61,162 bases of DNA from a virus (IMGVR_UViG_3300017648_000001:1-61162), one strand, 5' to 3'. Counted from the stretch's first letter, positions 37,131 through 47,694 are shown. Numbers and translations are program-made. Notes: generated by a model from the sequence alone, not told the origin.

Positions 37131-37589
37131 ATGCTCCACGCTTTACAATACTCAATTATACGACACTTGGACGATACGGTTCCGGAGTTAACGGAAGTCG
37201 TATGGCTTTATGATGGCGTTACATTAACCGGAAAAACTAAGCCTTTCGCAGTCGTTGAACAGATGCAGGATGATACGACGATACTTGCGAAGGAACGCGC
37301 TTATTACGAAACGATCTACCGTTTTCAAATTGGCATGATGGCGCGTAGTTCTTCCGAGCGAGCGAAGTTACAAGAGAAGATACGAAAAGCGTTACTACAA
37401 CCAAATATACCGTTATTCAATACTGATGGTCCGACTCCTACGAGTTCGGGCTTTTTTTATTGCGATGTAACGGCGGTTACTCCGATGCCAGTCGAAAACA
37501 TGGCGGACGAGACGAATAAACACAAAGTTTATTTCGACGTTGAAGTTCCGGTTCAGCTTCGGAATGGAAGCGACCAGTTTGAACAATAA
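37131..37589 (+). CDS. Tail terminator-like protein
   Basis: Position before the major tail gene. Confidence 0.65.
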   Translation: MLHALQYSIIRHLDDTVPELTEVVWLYDGVTLTGKTKPFAVVEQMQDDTTILAKERAYYETIYRFQIGMMARSSSERAKLQEKIRKALLQPNIPLFNTDGPTPTSSGFFYCDVTAVTPMPVENMADETNKHKVYFDVEVPVQLRNGSDQFEQ

Positions 37590-37603
37590 AAGGGGGAAAT
37601 ACA

Positions 37604-38014
37604 ATGGCTCGTGGAGTTAACTTTTTATTATACGTAAATACAGGAACAGAAGCAACGCCAACGTGGACGAAAGTAGCCGGTCAGCGCGGCGGAACATTAA
37701 CAAGAGAATACGACACAATTGATATCACTAGCAAGGATAATATGGGCTGGTCCGACGAAGAGTACGGCAACGCTTCTTGGTCAATCGAAGCTGACGGACT
37801 TTTAGTCGAAGATGATGCGGGATTCGCTGCGTTAGAGGCGGCGTTTGAGGGCGCTGAATATGTGTTGGCTCGTTTCGAAACACAGGCGGGTAACCAATAC
37901 GAAGGATCAGCGATTATTAGCGACTTCAGTATCGAAGCTCCATACGATGATACTGCGACATACTCACTGACTTTAAACGGTAAAGGTGCTTATACGAAAG
38001 TACCAGCGGTTTAA
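37604..38014 (+). CDS. Major tail protein (TP901-1 type)
   Basis: IDITSKD...WSIEADG...APYDDTATYSLTLNGKG. Confidence 0.9.
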   Translation: MARGVNFLLYVNTGTEATPTWTKVAGQRGGTLTREYDTIDITSKDNMGWSDEEYGNASWSIEADGLLVEDDAGFAALEAAFEGAEYVLARFETQAGNQYEGSAIISDFSIEAPYDDTATYSLTLNGKGAYTKVPAV

Positions 38015-38072
38015 TAACGAAATAACAGCGGGCTCCGGCTCGCTCTTTTATTTATGACGAGGAGGAATCGGA

Positions 38073-38405
38073 ATGCCCGAAATTACATTAGGCGGAAAGA
38101 ATCGCGAAATGCGTTTTTCATATAAATCGATGCGAACGTTAGAGGCGCACTTTAAACAGCCGATCAACAAGATCATGAAGCAAACGGAAAAGCTCGAATC
38201 GCTCGAAGCATTATCGGCGTTCTATTACGCATGTTTGAAGCCGAAAGACAAGTCGATAACTTTCGATAAGGTCGAAGATTTAATCGACGATGCGTTAGAT
38301 AGCGAAGAAATCACAATTACGGAACTATCCGAAAAGTTAAAAGAAACAATCGAAAACGCAACGATTATCAAGTCGATGAAGGCGGAGGAAGACGCAAAAA
38401 ACTAA
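38073..38405 (+). CDS. Tail assembly chaperone G
   Basis: Position; ends in the slippery sequence A AAA AAC TAA. Confidence 0.8.
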   Translation: MPEITLGGKNREMRFSYKSMRTLEAHFKQPINKIMKQTEKLESLEALSAFYYACLKPKDKSITFDKVEDLIDDALDSEEITITELSEKLKETIENATIIKSMKAEEDAKN

Positions 38406-38749
38406 CGGAAGCCTCTGACGAAGCCACTTACGATTGGGACGAATTAGAGGCGCAAGCTTTCGCTTATCTCGATTTATTACCGGAACAACTTTACGAATTA
38501 GAGCCGAGAGAGTATTCGAACCTGTTTCGTGGATACGAAATGAAGCGAGAGGCGAAACGTTATGAGAACGCTGATTTAATCATGATGTACATGCGTTCGC
38601 AAGGTCCGAAGAAACAGAAGTCTATCGATGACATACTCGGCAAGGAACGGAAAGGTACGAAAAAGGGCGGACGTAAAGTTACGCTCGATGAAAAACGAAA
38701 AGAACTCGATTACCTATCGGAAACACTAGGAGAGGCGGTGAATAGGTGA
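38396..38749 (+). CDS. Tail chaperone GT extension via a -1 frameshift
   Basis: The -1 frame is open from 38402 to 38749 (KLTEASDEATYDW...LEPREY...). Confidence 0.8.
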   Translation, partial: KKLTEASDEATYDWDELEAQAFAYLDLLPEQLYELEPREYSNLFRGYEMKREAKRYENADLIMMYMRSQGPKKQKSIDDILGKERKGTKKGGRKVTLDEKRKELDYLSETLGEAVNR

Positions 38750-41025
38750 GCGGATTAAATATATCGTTTAAGATTAGCGCAATCGACGACTTCTCGAAAA
38801 CTATGTCGAAGCTTAATACCGATACGAAGAAAGCGTTCGATACAGTCGGAACAATTGGCGCAGGCATGACGGTAGCTGGCGCAGGGATAGCGGCCGGACT
38901 AGGCGTTGCGGTTAAGACTGCGGCTGACTTCGAAAGTGCAATGAGTCGAGTCGGAGCATTAAGCGGGGCAACCGATAAGGATCTATCGTCACTAACGCAG
39001 ACAGCGAAAGATCTCGGAGCGGCTACGTCGTTTAGCGCAAGCGAGGCAGCCGAAGGGATGTCGTATTTGGCGATGGCTGGATACAAAACGAACGACATAA
39101 TCGCAGCTATGCCCGGGCTTCTTAACGCGGCGGCGGCCGGACAAACGGATTTGGCGACTACTGCCGACATTACATCGAATATACTTTCGGGATTCGGATT
39201 AGAAGCGGCAGAGACAGCGAGAGTTGCCGACATACTAACGAAAACATTTACGTCAAGTAACGTTGATTTGCAGATGTTGGGCGAAAGTATGAAGTATGTT
39301 TCTCCGACAGCAAAAGCGATGGGATTGTCTATCGAAGAGGTATCTGCTGCGGTAGGACTTTTAGGTAATGCCGGTATACAAGGAAGCATGGCGGGTACGA
39401 GTTTATCGATGTCACTAACTCGATTAGCCTCGCCAACAAAAGAAGCTGCGGATCTAATGAAAGATCTCGGGTTTAACGCTTTCGACGCCGAAGGGCAAAT
39501 GCTTCCGTTAAATAAAATCATCGAAAATTTACAGAAGTCGACTGCAGACTTAACGGACGAACAGAAGATGCATGCGATTAGTACGATATTCGGTGCGGAG
39601 TCAATGAAATCGATGCTTACGTTAATGGAAGCCGGTCCCGAAGCATTATCCGCATTTACGAAGGAACTTGAAAATTCCGGAGGAACAGCGGAAGAAATTG
39701 CGAACAAACAACTTGACAATTTAAACGGGCAACTAACGATATTAAAGTCCGGACTAGAAGCGGCAGCAATATCGATAGGTACGGCATTATTACCGGTTAT
39801 TAAATTCCTAGCGGCGGGCATTCAAAGTCTAGTCGATTGGTTCAACGGACTAAGCGAACCGGTAAAAACGTCAATCGCTATCGTAGCTGCGTTAACTGCC
39901 GGATTTCTATTGCTAATGGGTCCGATACTAATACTCGTCGCTATTTTACCGTCAATTGTCGCCGGCTTTAGTTTTATCGCAGGGGCTGTCGGTCTAGCGT
40001 CATCGGCGTTACTTAGCATTATCGGAATAGTCGTGGCGGTAGTTGCAGCGCTAGTATTAATCGGAGTCGGACTCGTAGCTGCGTACAACAAAGTCGGATG
40101 GTTTCGCGATATGGTGAATTCGGCGTGGGCTTCAATAAAGTCAGCGTGGAATACGGCTCTAGTATTTATTAGCGGATTAGTGAAGACGATTATGACGGAA
40201 GTGTCGTCGTTCTTTGGCGCGCAGTTGGCGAAGATTCAAGCGTTCTGGAACGAAAATGGAGCGCTAATCATGAAATTCGTTAAATCGTTTATGAATACGG
40301 TAAAGACGGATATACAGGCGGGTATGCAGTTTATTAAAGGTATATTTCAAGTCGTATGGCCGATAATCTCCGGACTAGTTAAAATCGCTTGGGGTATCAT
40401 CAAAGCGGCAATCAATCACGGGTTAACCGTCGTACTAGGACTCGTCGAAGTTGCGATGAAAGTACTCGAAGGAGATTGGTCGGGCGCATGGGAATCGATA
40501 CAACAAATCGGAAAAGATATCTGGCATAACATCGAAGACTTCTTCCGTAATATCGACCTCGTTCAAATCGGCAAGGATATCATACAAGGCTTAATTAACG
40601 GTATCGGCTCGATGGCAGGCGCAATCACATCAAAAGTTAAATCGTTAGCATCGTTAGTTCCTGACGGCCTTAAAGATTTCCTTAATATACATTCGCCGTC
40701 GCGTTTAATTCGCGATCAAGTCGGACGCTTTATTCCGATGGGTCTAGCGGAAGGTATCGACGGAAGCCTCAACGTAGTTAAGAAGGCGGTAAGCGGAATG
40801 GCAGCGATGGCGGTTCCGGATGTGCCGAATCAATCTTACGCTAGTCAATCGATTGGTAACGGTCAGGCGCAATCGTCCGTTACGTATCACGAAAACACAC
40901 CGATAACGATTAACTATTACGGTAATGGATCGGAAGAAGATGCGCTAGGATTAGTCGATATTATTGACGGTGAATTGGCGAAACGTAAGCGACACGCGGC
41001 GCGTATAAGCGGGGTGAAAATTTAA
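38746..41025 (+). CDS. Tape measure protein
   Basis: TP901-family core FSASEAAEGMSYLAMAG; IHSPSR motif. Confidence 0.95.
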   Translation: MSGLNISFKISAIDDFSKTMSKLNTDTKKAFDTVGTIGAGMTVAGAGIAAGLGVAVKTAADFESAMSRVGALSGATDKDLSSLTQTAKDLGAATSFSASEAAEGMSYLAMAGYKTNDIIAAMPGLLNAAAAGQTDLATTADITSNILSGFGLEAAETARVADILTKTFTSSNVDLQMLGESMKYVSPTAKAMGLSIEEVSAAVGLLGNAGIQGSMAGTSLSMSLTRLASPTKEAADLMKDLGFNAFDAEGQMLPLNKIIENLQKSTADLTDEQKMHAISTIFGAESMKSMLTLMEAGPEALSAFTKELENSGGTAEEIANKQLDNLNGQLTILKSGLEAAAISIGTALLPVIKFLAAGIQSLVDWFNGLSEPVKTSIAIVAALTAGFLLLMGPILILVAILPSIVAGFSFIAGAVGLASSALLSIIGIVVAVVAALVLIGVGLVAAYNKVGWFRDMVNSAWASIKSAWNTALVFISGLVKTIMTEVSSFFGAQLAKIQAFWNENGALIMKFVKSFMNTVKTDIQAGMQFIKGIFQVVWPIISGLVKIAWGIIKAAINHGLTVVLGLVEVAMKVLEGDWSGAWESIQQIGKDIWHNIEDFFRNIDLVQIGKDIIQGLINGIGSMAGAITSKVKSLASLVPDGLKDFLNIHSPSRLIRDQVGRFIPMGLAEGIDGSLNVVKKAVSGMAAMAVPDVPNQSYASQSIGNGQAQSSVTYHENTPITINYYGNGSEEDALGLVDIIDGELAKRKRHAARISGVKI

Positions 41026-41843
41026 TGGACGTAACAATACAGCGCCTAAATGGCGCCTCTTTTATTTTCTCGGATTACGATATTAAAACGCTCGACCTCG
41101 TCGTTGATTCGCCCGAACCACGAACAGAAACGGAGACAATCGAAGGAGCGGACGGATACGAGGATCTCGGTACAACTTACGGAGGTAGAACGTTACGAGG
41201 CGAGTTCATGCTTAAAGCGGCAGATACTGCGGATTATCCGTTGCTCCGTAACGAAGTCTTTCGCATACTTGATTCGCGCGAGGCGTTTTATTTAATCGAC
41301 AGTCGCGAGCCTGGCAAACGTTGGCTTGTTAAAGTTGCGTCGAAATACTCACACGAACAAATTCGGATATTCGGTCGGTTCGAAGTCGAATTTCAGTCGG
41401 CTAGCGCTTATTCCGAATCGATTAATACGACGATGACTCCGTTCGAACTAACGGATTATCCGTGGCAAATCGGTCAAGGACTTATCGACGCGGACGATCT
41501 CGTTTATAAACATTCGACGACAACGTTTCGGATATATAACGCCGGCGACGTGGCGGTAAATCCTCGGCGATATCCATTAACGATTAAATATACGGGCGCG
41601 TCTACGAATCTACAAATTAAAAACCTTACGACGTTAGATACGTGGAGCTACACCGGAGCGACGACGGCTAGCGATTCGTTAGAGCTCCGACGGACGCGTT
41701 CGTTAAAGAATGGCGTTGTAAATATCTTCGGCGATACCAATCGGAAACTGATAACGTTGGCGCCCGGATGGAATGACTTCGAATTGGTCGGCGTGAGTGG
41801 GACGTATGAGGTATCGTTTGATTTTCGATTCTATTACTTATAA
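41025..41843 (+). CDS. Distal tail protein (Dit)
   Basis: Follows the tape measure gene; LAPGWN and FRFYYL motifs. Confidence 0.85.
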   Translation: MDVTIQRLNGASFIFSDYDIKTLDLVVDSPEPRTETETIEGADGYEDLGTTYGGRTLRGEFMLKAADTADYPLLRNEVFRILDSREAFYLIDSREPGKRWLVKVASKYSHEQIRIFGRFEVEFQSASAYSESINTTMTPFELTDYPWQIGQGLIDADDLVYKHSTTTFRIYNAGDVAVNPRRYPLTIKYTGASTNLQIKNLTTLDTWSYTGATTASDSLELRRTRSLKNGVVNIFGDTNRKLITLAPGWNDFELVGVSGTYEVSFDFRFYYL

Positions 41844-41860
41844 CGACAGGAGGCGATTGA

Positions 41861-43951
41861 ATGGCGGATTATAAACCGGTAGGCGTACCGTTTGACCGTA
41901 CGTTTAGAAATACAATTAACGAAAACTTCGGAATATTAGACAATGCAGTAAATACGCAAAAGACGAGGGTTGACGATTTGATTGCGGGAACGGAACAACC
42001 GTCCGAAGTCGTGGATGCTCGTGGAGGGGCGCCAGTTTTACGTGATCGATTAGACGGCGTTGATGCGCAGTTGGCAGAAAAAGCGCCAAAGGAAAAAACT
42101 GAAAGTATCATAACTCCCGAAGAATTCGGGGCAAAAGGTGATGCTGTAACAGATGATACACAGGCATTTAAAGAATTAGCTTCCTATCTCCTGACAAATA
42201 ATACTGAAGTCCATTGGAAACCTACTGCAAAGTATGTATTAACAGAACCACTTTATTTTAAAAGTGGACTTCGCATGTATGGGCATGGTGCAGAAATTAT
42301 ATGGAGAGGTACACCGACTTTTGATAATTCAAGTCGATCAGTAGGTATCTTCAATGTAAATGGGGATGTTGAACAATCCAATAAATATGACGTAACCGCC
42401 ATTAATTTACAAGGAAATTTGGTGAACAACGAGTCTCACACTCTTCCGTATTATGGTTCAATAACTGTCCCTAACCATCCATATCAAGTTGGTGACTACA
42501 TTGTTATGGAGCTAGATACAGGCACACAAAATTCATTAGAACTAAAACCAAGAGATCATAAATTAGTAAAGATTGTTCGTGTTGAAGGTGACATTCTCTA
42601 TGTCGATTACACTAGTCCATACACTTTGAATATTAGTCAAATGACAAGCCCTAAAGTTTATAAGGCAACCCCTGCCGAAAACATCGTTTTAGATAATATC
42701 TTTATCAATGATGAAAGAGTTATCACAGAACCCAAAGATTGGATAAATTCCCACCCTAATGTAAGTGAGTTTATGAGTGGGGTTGTTTTAAGGTATTGCC
42801 GAAATGTAACAATCAACAAAGTTAAAGGTTATAATACTAAATTTCCCGTCTTTTATGTTATGTTGTGTTCACATTTACGATTCCAGGATGGGTATTTAGA
42901 TAAACCAGCAATTGTCGGACCCGGTGAAGGGTATTATACGCAGTTTAATAATTCACGTGATATTATCGTTGAAAATATTCAAGGTGAAAATACTAGACAT
43001 ATCGTTGATTTTACTGCTTCATCGAATGCTATTATTAAGAAATCCAAAGGTAATAAAAGTTACGGGATTGATTTTCAATCTCATGGTAACTATGAACACA
43101 ATATTGTATATGAAGATTGTATAGGTACTTGGAACTTTGCAAGTGGTGAATCTTTTGGAAATGCTGTTCGTGATTATAGTCTTATTAGATGTAAGGGTAT
43201 GTTGTTAGGTAAATACTCAAAAAATATCACTATTAAAGATTCTGAGTTTACTCTGAATAATCCTCTAACTAGCTTAAAAGCTGAAAACAGTTTAATTCAT
43301 TGGTATCTATCTTCCGGAACATATGAGGCTGATCCTAGAAGTGTGAAAAATGATCGTGTTATTCATTTCAAAAACTGTAACGTTAAAGTGTATAGTTCAA
43401 CATTCGCTAGCGCTATTATCAGTTACCATGACATTACGATTGAAGGCGGTCAACTAATTGATCTAAAGAAAGAAACTGAGAATTATAGAGGTGGATTTCT
43501 AATCGATCTTAGAGATGTTGATAAGTTCACAGTCATTAATTGCTCATTAGTTGATAATATTAGATTTAGGATTAATACATCCTCGGTCGATATTGATTTT
43601 GCGTTCGATAAAAATCACATGATATGTCATGGAGAATACTATCACTTTACAGCAAAGACAACATCAAACATGGCGATAAGAGCGAAAATAACAAATAATA
43701 CATTTATAAATGGTAAAACTGATGGAACGAGAATGCAATTACACAGATTACCTTCTAATGATGATCAAACGAACACGCAATCCATTGTATTGTTTAAAGA
43801 TAATATTGTTAAACAAGGAACGATTTTAGCACAAGTAACGAGTACAAAAGATGTTTACATTTCTCGTGACAATACGTTAATTGATTGTTCAGTTACTGTT
43901 GATTCGGGTATTTCTAAAATTGTTAACACTGATATCATTGTACCTGCATAA
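41861..43951 (+). CDS. Receptor-binding tailspike with a beta-helix (pectate-lyase-like) domain
   Basis: EVVDARG N-terminal anchor; FGAKGDAVTDDTQAF motif; AT-rich C-terminal cassette. Confidence 0.85.
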   Translation: MADYKPVGVPFDRTFRNTINENFGILDNAVNTQKTRVDDLIAGTEQPSEVVDARGGAPVLRDRLDGVDAQLAEKAPKEKTESIITPEEFGAKGDAVTDDTQAFKELASYLLTNNTEVHWKPTAKYVLTEPLYFKSGLRMYGHGAEIIWRGTPTFDNSSRSVGIFNVNGDVEQSNKYDVTAINLQGNLVNNESHTLPYYGSITVPNHPYQVGDYIVMELDTGTQNSLELKPRDHKLVKIVRVEGDILYVDYTSPYTLNISQMTSPKVYKATPAENIVLDNIFINDERVITEPKDWINSHPNVSEFMSGVVLRYCRNVTINKVKGYNTKFPVFYVMLCSHLRFQDGYLDKPAIVGPGEGYYTQFNNSRDIIVENIQGENTRHIVDFTASSNAIIKKSKGNKSYGIDFQSHGNYEHNIVYEDCIGTWNFASGESFGNAVRDYSLIRCKGMLLGKYSKNITIKDSEFTLNNPLTSLKAENSLIHWYLSSGTYEADPRSVKNDRVIHFKNCNVKVYSSTFASAIISYHDITIEGGQLIDLKKETENYRGGFLIDLRDVDKFTVINCSLVDNIRFRINTSSVDIDFAFDKNHMICHGEYYHFTAKTTSNMAIRAKITNNTFINGKTDGTRMQLHRLPSNDDQTNTQSIVLFKDNIVKQGTILAQVTSTKDVYISRDNTLIDCSVTVDSGISKIVNTDIIVPA

Positions 43952-44063
43952 AGTTGTATTTTGTAACTACTCATACTGTACAATTGGAGAAAATTCCGAA
44001 GTAACTAACGGAGCCCCTCGCGGCTCTTTTTTCGCATACAATTCTCGAAAGGAGGCGGTCACT

Positions 44064-45944
44064 ATCGCTGACCTAACGATAACAAATCTCGTAGGCGAAT
44101 CGGAGCTACTCGTCGGCTACGCGAAAGATAGTCTCGCCATTAAATCGGCAGTGAACGGTGATCGTTCGCTGTCTTTTTTATTGCCGAAAAGTGGCGTCAA
44201 CGAGCATGCTTTCGATTTAGTCGAAGAGGAATCCGTCATCGAATACGACGGTCATTCCTATCGCATTAAAAACGTAACCGAACGCGTCGTCCGATCAACG
44301 CCAGTCAAGGCGGTAACGGCACCGCACGTATTCTTCGATATCGTTGACGATTTCCGTTACGACACGCTAACGACCGGATTCAAGTCAATCGCGCAAGTCT
44401 TATCGTTCATATTCAACGGAACCGATTGGAGCTTTTCTGTAATTGATTCGTTTGACACGGTAGAATTCGAAAACTTCGGCAACGCGAACTGTCTCGACTT
44501 ATTTTCGAAGGTTCTCGAACGGTACGGCGCAGAATTCGACCTTAGCGGAAATAACGTTATCATACGCAATAAAATCGGCTCGCTCATCGACTTACAATTT
44601 CGCTATAATCACAACGTTAAAACGTTGAATCGTACGGTCGACACTTCGAATCTTTCAACGTATATAAAAGGAACGGGTAAGCAGCGCGAGGACGGAAGCT
44701 ATTACGTCGAGGCGGAATATACGTCGCCGAACGCATCCATTTTCGGAATCAAGCATGCGCCACCATACTCTAACGAATCGATTACGCATCTTGCGACATT
44801 GGAACGAAATCTACAACGCGCCATCCAAGATACACCAGAAGTATCGATCGAACTAGAATTCGTCGTATTAAAGGACGCAGGCTATACGAAACCGAAGCCG
44901 TCACTTGGCGACGTGGTGCCGACGATATATGAACCGTTGAAGGATCTCGACCTCGACCTTCGCGTAATGGAAATCGAAGAATATCCGGAAAGCAATAAAG
45001 CGCCAAAAGTCGTTCTAGCTACGTCGAAGTTAACGTTGGCGGACGCGGACTTTTCGTACCAGAAAGCGTTACTCGATAAGATATACGATGCTAATAGCGG
45101 GCGATTACGATATAACGTTTACGATGAAGCCGTGAAACGAGCGACCGAGGCGTTAAATAATTCGTTAACGGAACTCGAATATCCAGTCGGAATGGGAATT
45201 ATCGCAAGAGATCCGAACGACCCTAACCGATTCGTAGCGTTGCGGTCGAGCGGACTCGGCATCACAACTAACGGAGGGCTAACGTTTGATGAAGCTATAA
45301 CGGTTCTCGGCGTAAATACTTCGTTACTGACTGCCGGACAAATTAAAACGAACAACATTCAGATTATCGGAAACGATGATCTTTTTTATTGGGACGGAAA
45401 TTATCTCATCGCTATTAACGCAGCCGATCCGAATAAATTCGTTCGTCTAAACAGCGACGGGCTATATGTCGCAAAGGGAGCGCTCACTGTTGAACGCCCT
45501 GACGGATTTAAAACGATCATCGACGGTTATTCGAACTTTAACGTAAATGTAGAATCGGCTGACCCTCCGTTTCGAAGTAATAACTTAACGCAAGTCGGAC
45601 GTTTCTGCGCTACGACAAGCACCGTTAAGGAAGATTTCAATCTTTACTCATTCCGTCATGAGGCGCGTTATTTAAAACTCGACTTAGCGCATTACGTAGA
45701 TACAAATGATTTCGGAGCATATGGAGAAATAATCGTCGACTTATTGGACGCAGGAAATACGAATCTATTTACGGCTTCTTTTATTAACGGAATTGGCGGA
45801 GAGCAAGCATCGTTAGGTCGCGTGTATACCGTTGATCTAGGCGTTCCGACAGGTAACGCGATGAGTATATACTTGCGCTTGCGCTCTAGCTCGGATCTAA
45901 AAAACGTATATCTCCGTAAGAGACGTATTTGGTTGGAGGGATGA
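44064..45944 (+). CDS. Tail endopeptidase/Tal-like baseplate protein (probable ATC start)
   Basis: FRYNHNVK and TYIKGTGK motifs; AAAGGAGG 8 nt before in-frame ATC; upstream terminator at 44010-44032. Confidence 0.8.
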   Translation: MADLTITNLVGESELLVGYAKDSLAIKSAVNGDRSLSFLLPKSGVNEHAFDLVEEESVIEYDGHSYRIKNVTERVVRSTPVKAVTAPHVFFDIVDDFRYDTLTTGFKSIAQVLSFIFNGTDWSFSVIDSFDTVEFENFGNANCLDLFSKVLERYGAEFDLSGNNVIIRNKIGSLIDLQFRYNHNVKTLNRTVDTSNLSTYIKGTGKQREDGSYYVEAEYTSPNASIFGIKHAPPYSNESITHLATLERNLQRAIQDTPEVSIELEFVVLKDAGYTKPKPSLGDVVPTIYEPLKDLDLDLRVMEIEEYPESNKAPKVVLATSKLTLADADFSYQKALLDKIYDANSGRLRYNVYDEAVKRATEALNNSLTELEYPVGMGIIARDPNDPNRFVALRSSGLGITTNGGLTFDEAITVLGVNTSLLTAGQIKTNNIQIIGNDDLFYWDGNYLIAINAADPNKFVRLNSDGLYVAKGALTVERPDGFKTIIDGYSNFNVNVESADPPFRSNNLTQVGRFCATTSTVKEDFNLYSFRHEARYLKLDLAHYVDTNDFGAYGEIIVDLLDAGNTNLFTASFINGIGGEQASLGRVYTVDLGVPTGNAMSIYLRLRSSSDLKNVYLRKRRIWLEG

Positions 45945-45947
45945 CGA

Positions 45948-46148
45948 ATGTTTAATGATACGCACCTATTAATTTACGTAGATGTCGACGATTTAGGCAA
46001 TATAACGGAATTCTTCGCAGGCTCTCGGATTATCCCCGACCGTCAATACGATTATTTCTTTTACAAGGCGAAGGATGATGTTGAGATCGAGGGGTTGCAG
46101 CAAAAATACGACGTGATTAACGGAGAACTCGTACGGAAGGAGGCGTAA
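45948..46148 (+). CDS. Small tail-associated hypothetical protein
   Basis: RBS and position. Confidence 0.6.
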   Translation: MFNDTHLLIYVDVDDLGNITEFFAGSRIIPDRQYDYFFYKAKDDVEIEGLQQKYDVINGELVRKEA

Positions 46149-46151
46149 GAT

Positions 46152-46418
46152 GTGACGGAGCCAAGCGGACATGAGCTTAACGAAAAAATTGCGGACATTC
46201 GCGAATGGTTAGTTCGAATTGATACGAAAGTCGACTTCTTAAACGAAGTTAAACGTACGGCAGAGGAAGCGGAATCTAAAGCGGATGAGGCGCTTGCAAT
46301 ATCGAAGGAGAATCGCGAAGACATACGCGAAATGAAGGCGAATACGAAATGGGTTTGGGGAACGATTCTAACGGCAATTGCGATAATTGTTTCGATAGGT
46401 ATCGCAGTTTTTACGTAA
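46152..46418 (+). CDS. XhlA-like holin/hemolysin
   Basis: Coiled coil plus C-terminal TM helix (KWVWGTIL); upstream of the endolysin. Confidence 0.8.
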   Translation: MTEPSGHELNEKIADIREWLVRIDTKVDFLNEVKRTAEEAESKADEALAISKENREDIREMKANTKWVWGTILTAIAIIVSIGIAVFT

Positions 46419-46509
46419 GGCAGTCGGTCGCCGCGACTGTTCGTTGGCTACGTTACAAAACGCGGCGCCGACCTTAACTAAATTATAAACGGAAGGAAGC
46501 GATTACGCA

Positions 46510-47499
46510 ATGGCGAAGATTCAAGACATTCGCAAGCAAACGGCAGGAGGCGCAAGCAGACGAGCGCTTAGTCGTATCGAGAATATTGCACGCCACCATT
46601 CGGCAACAAATAGCGGAGACTATTTCGCATTCTGGAACAGTCGATGGAGTAAACTCGGATGGAAGACCGGCGGCTATCACGAAATTATCTTACGCGACGG
46701 AACCGTTCAACTTTGCTACGATGCGACTGTCATTACGAATGGTATCGGCGGACATAATACGGGAACATATCATATCTGCGTTGTTGGTAACGGATCATTC
46801 ACCGAAGCGCAAGAGACTGCGTTCGAGGAACGTTGTAAGGCGGCGATGGATCGTTTCGGATTGTCCGTTTCGAAAGTACTCGGTCATAAAGAATTCAGCG
46901 GAACGTCAACGGCGTGTCCTGGTATCGATATGAACATCGTAAGGAAACGATTATCTACCGGAAAAGTAACGGTTTCAGCGCCTAAAACGGAAGTGAAGAC
47001 CGAAGTTGTTACGAAGCCGTCAACTTCTTACGACTCAGTCCTCGGTAAAGGACGTAATAACCGTAAATCCGATATCGTATCGCTACAAAAGGACTTAATC
47101 GCGAAAGGATTCTCGCTTCCTAAATACGGAGCCGACGGAGATTTCGGGACTGAGACGGAAGAGGCGGTCAAAGCATTCCAACGTAAAGTCGGTATTACGG
47201 TCGACGGCTTGGTAGGACCGGTAACTCTGGCGAAATTAAATGCGTATGTGCCAGCGAAAGCGAAGGCGACTTATCCGTTACCGAACGGAGTATTTCGTAA
47301 AGGGTCGAAAGGAGAATCCGTTAAACAAATTCAGCGCGCATTAAAGGCGGCTAACTTCGATTGCGGTGCGGTTGACGGAATTTACGGCTCGGCTACGGAA
47401 GACGCGGTTAGACGATTCCAATCGATGTATGCGGACTTAGCGGGCGATGGTGTTTACGGACCTAAGACGAAAAATAAACTAGCGGAGGTGTTACGATGA
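46510..47499 (+). CDS. Endolysin: N-acetylmuramoyl-L-alanine amidase with two PG-binding domains
   Basis: HHSAT, GYH, GHKE and TACPG motifs; repeated DGxxGxxT. Confidence 0.93.
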   Translation: MAKIQDIRKQTAGGASRRALSRIENIARHHSATNSGDYFAFWNSRWSKLGWKTGGYHEIILRDGTVQLCYDATVITNGIGGHNTGTYHICVVGNGSFTEAQETAFEERCKAAMDRFGLSVSKVLGHKEFSGTSTACPGIDMNIVRKRLSTGKVTVSAPKTEVKTEVVTKPSTSYDSVLGKGRNNRKSDIVSLQKDLIAKGFSLPKYGADGDFGTETEEAVKAFQRKVGITVDGLVGPVTLAKLNAYVPAKAKATYPLPNGVFRKGSKGESVKQIQRALKAANFDCGAVDGIYGSATEDAVRRFQSMYADLAGDGVYGPKTKNKLAEVLR

Positions 47500-47693
47500 A
47501 AATTCCAAATAGATTCCGAAGCTATCCGTTATGGGTCGCAGTTGCCGCATTAATCGGAATGATACTAAACGATGCTAGCGTTGTGGGGCCGGAGAAGTTC
47601 AACGAGTATGTCGATTATATTTTCGCAGTATTGATCGCAGCGGGCGTTATTAATAATCCGTCACAAGGTAGCGGATTTAAAGACGAAAAATAA
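47496..47693 (+). CDS. Holin
   Basis: NRFRSYPLWVA...GVINNPS; two TM helices. Confidence 0.85.
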   Translation: MKIPNRFRSYPLWVAVAALIGMILNDASVVGPEKFNEYVDYIFAVLIAAGVINNPSQGSGFKDEK

Positions 47694-47694
47694 A

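Noticed and set aside
38679-39821. 380-aa reverse-strand ORF
   Set aside because: Antisense shadow of the Ala/Ser-rich tape measure gene with no recognisable motifs; the same applies to most short antisense ORFs in the track
43881-44063. N-terminal extension of the tail endopeptidase ORF
   Set aside because: It overlaps the tailspike end and a terminator; the RBS points to 44064
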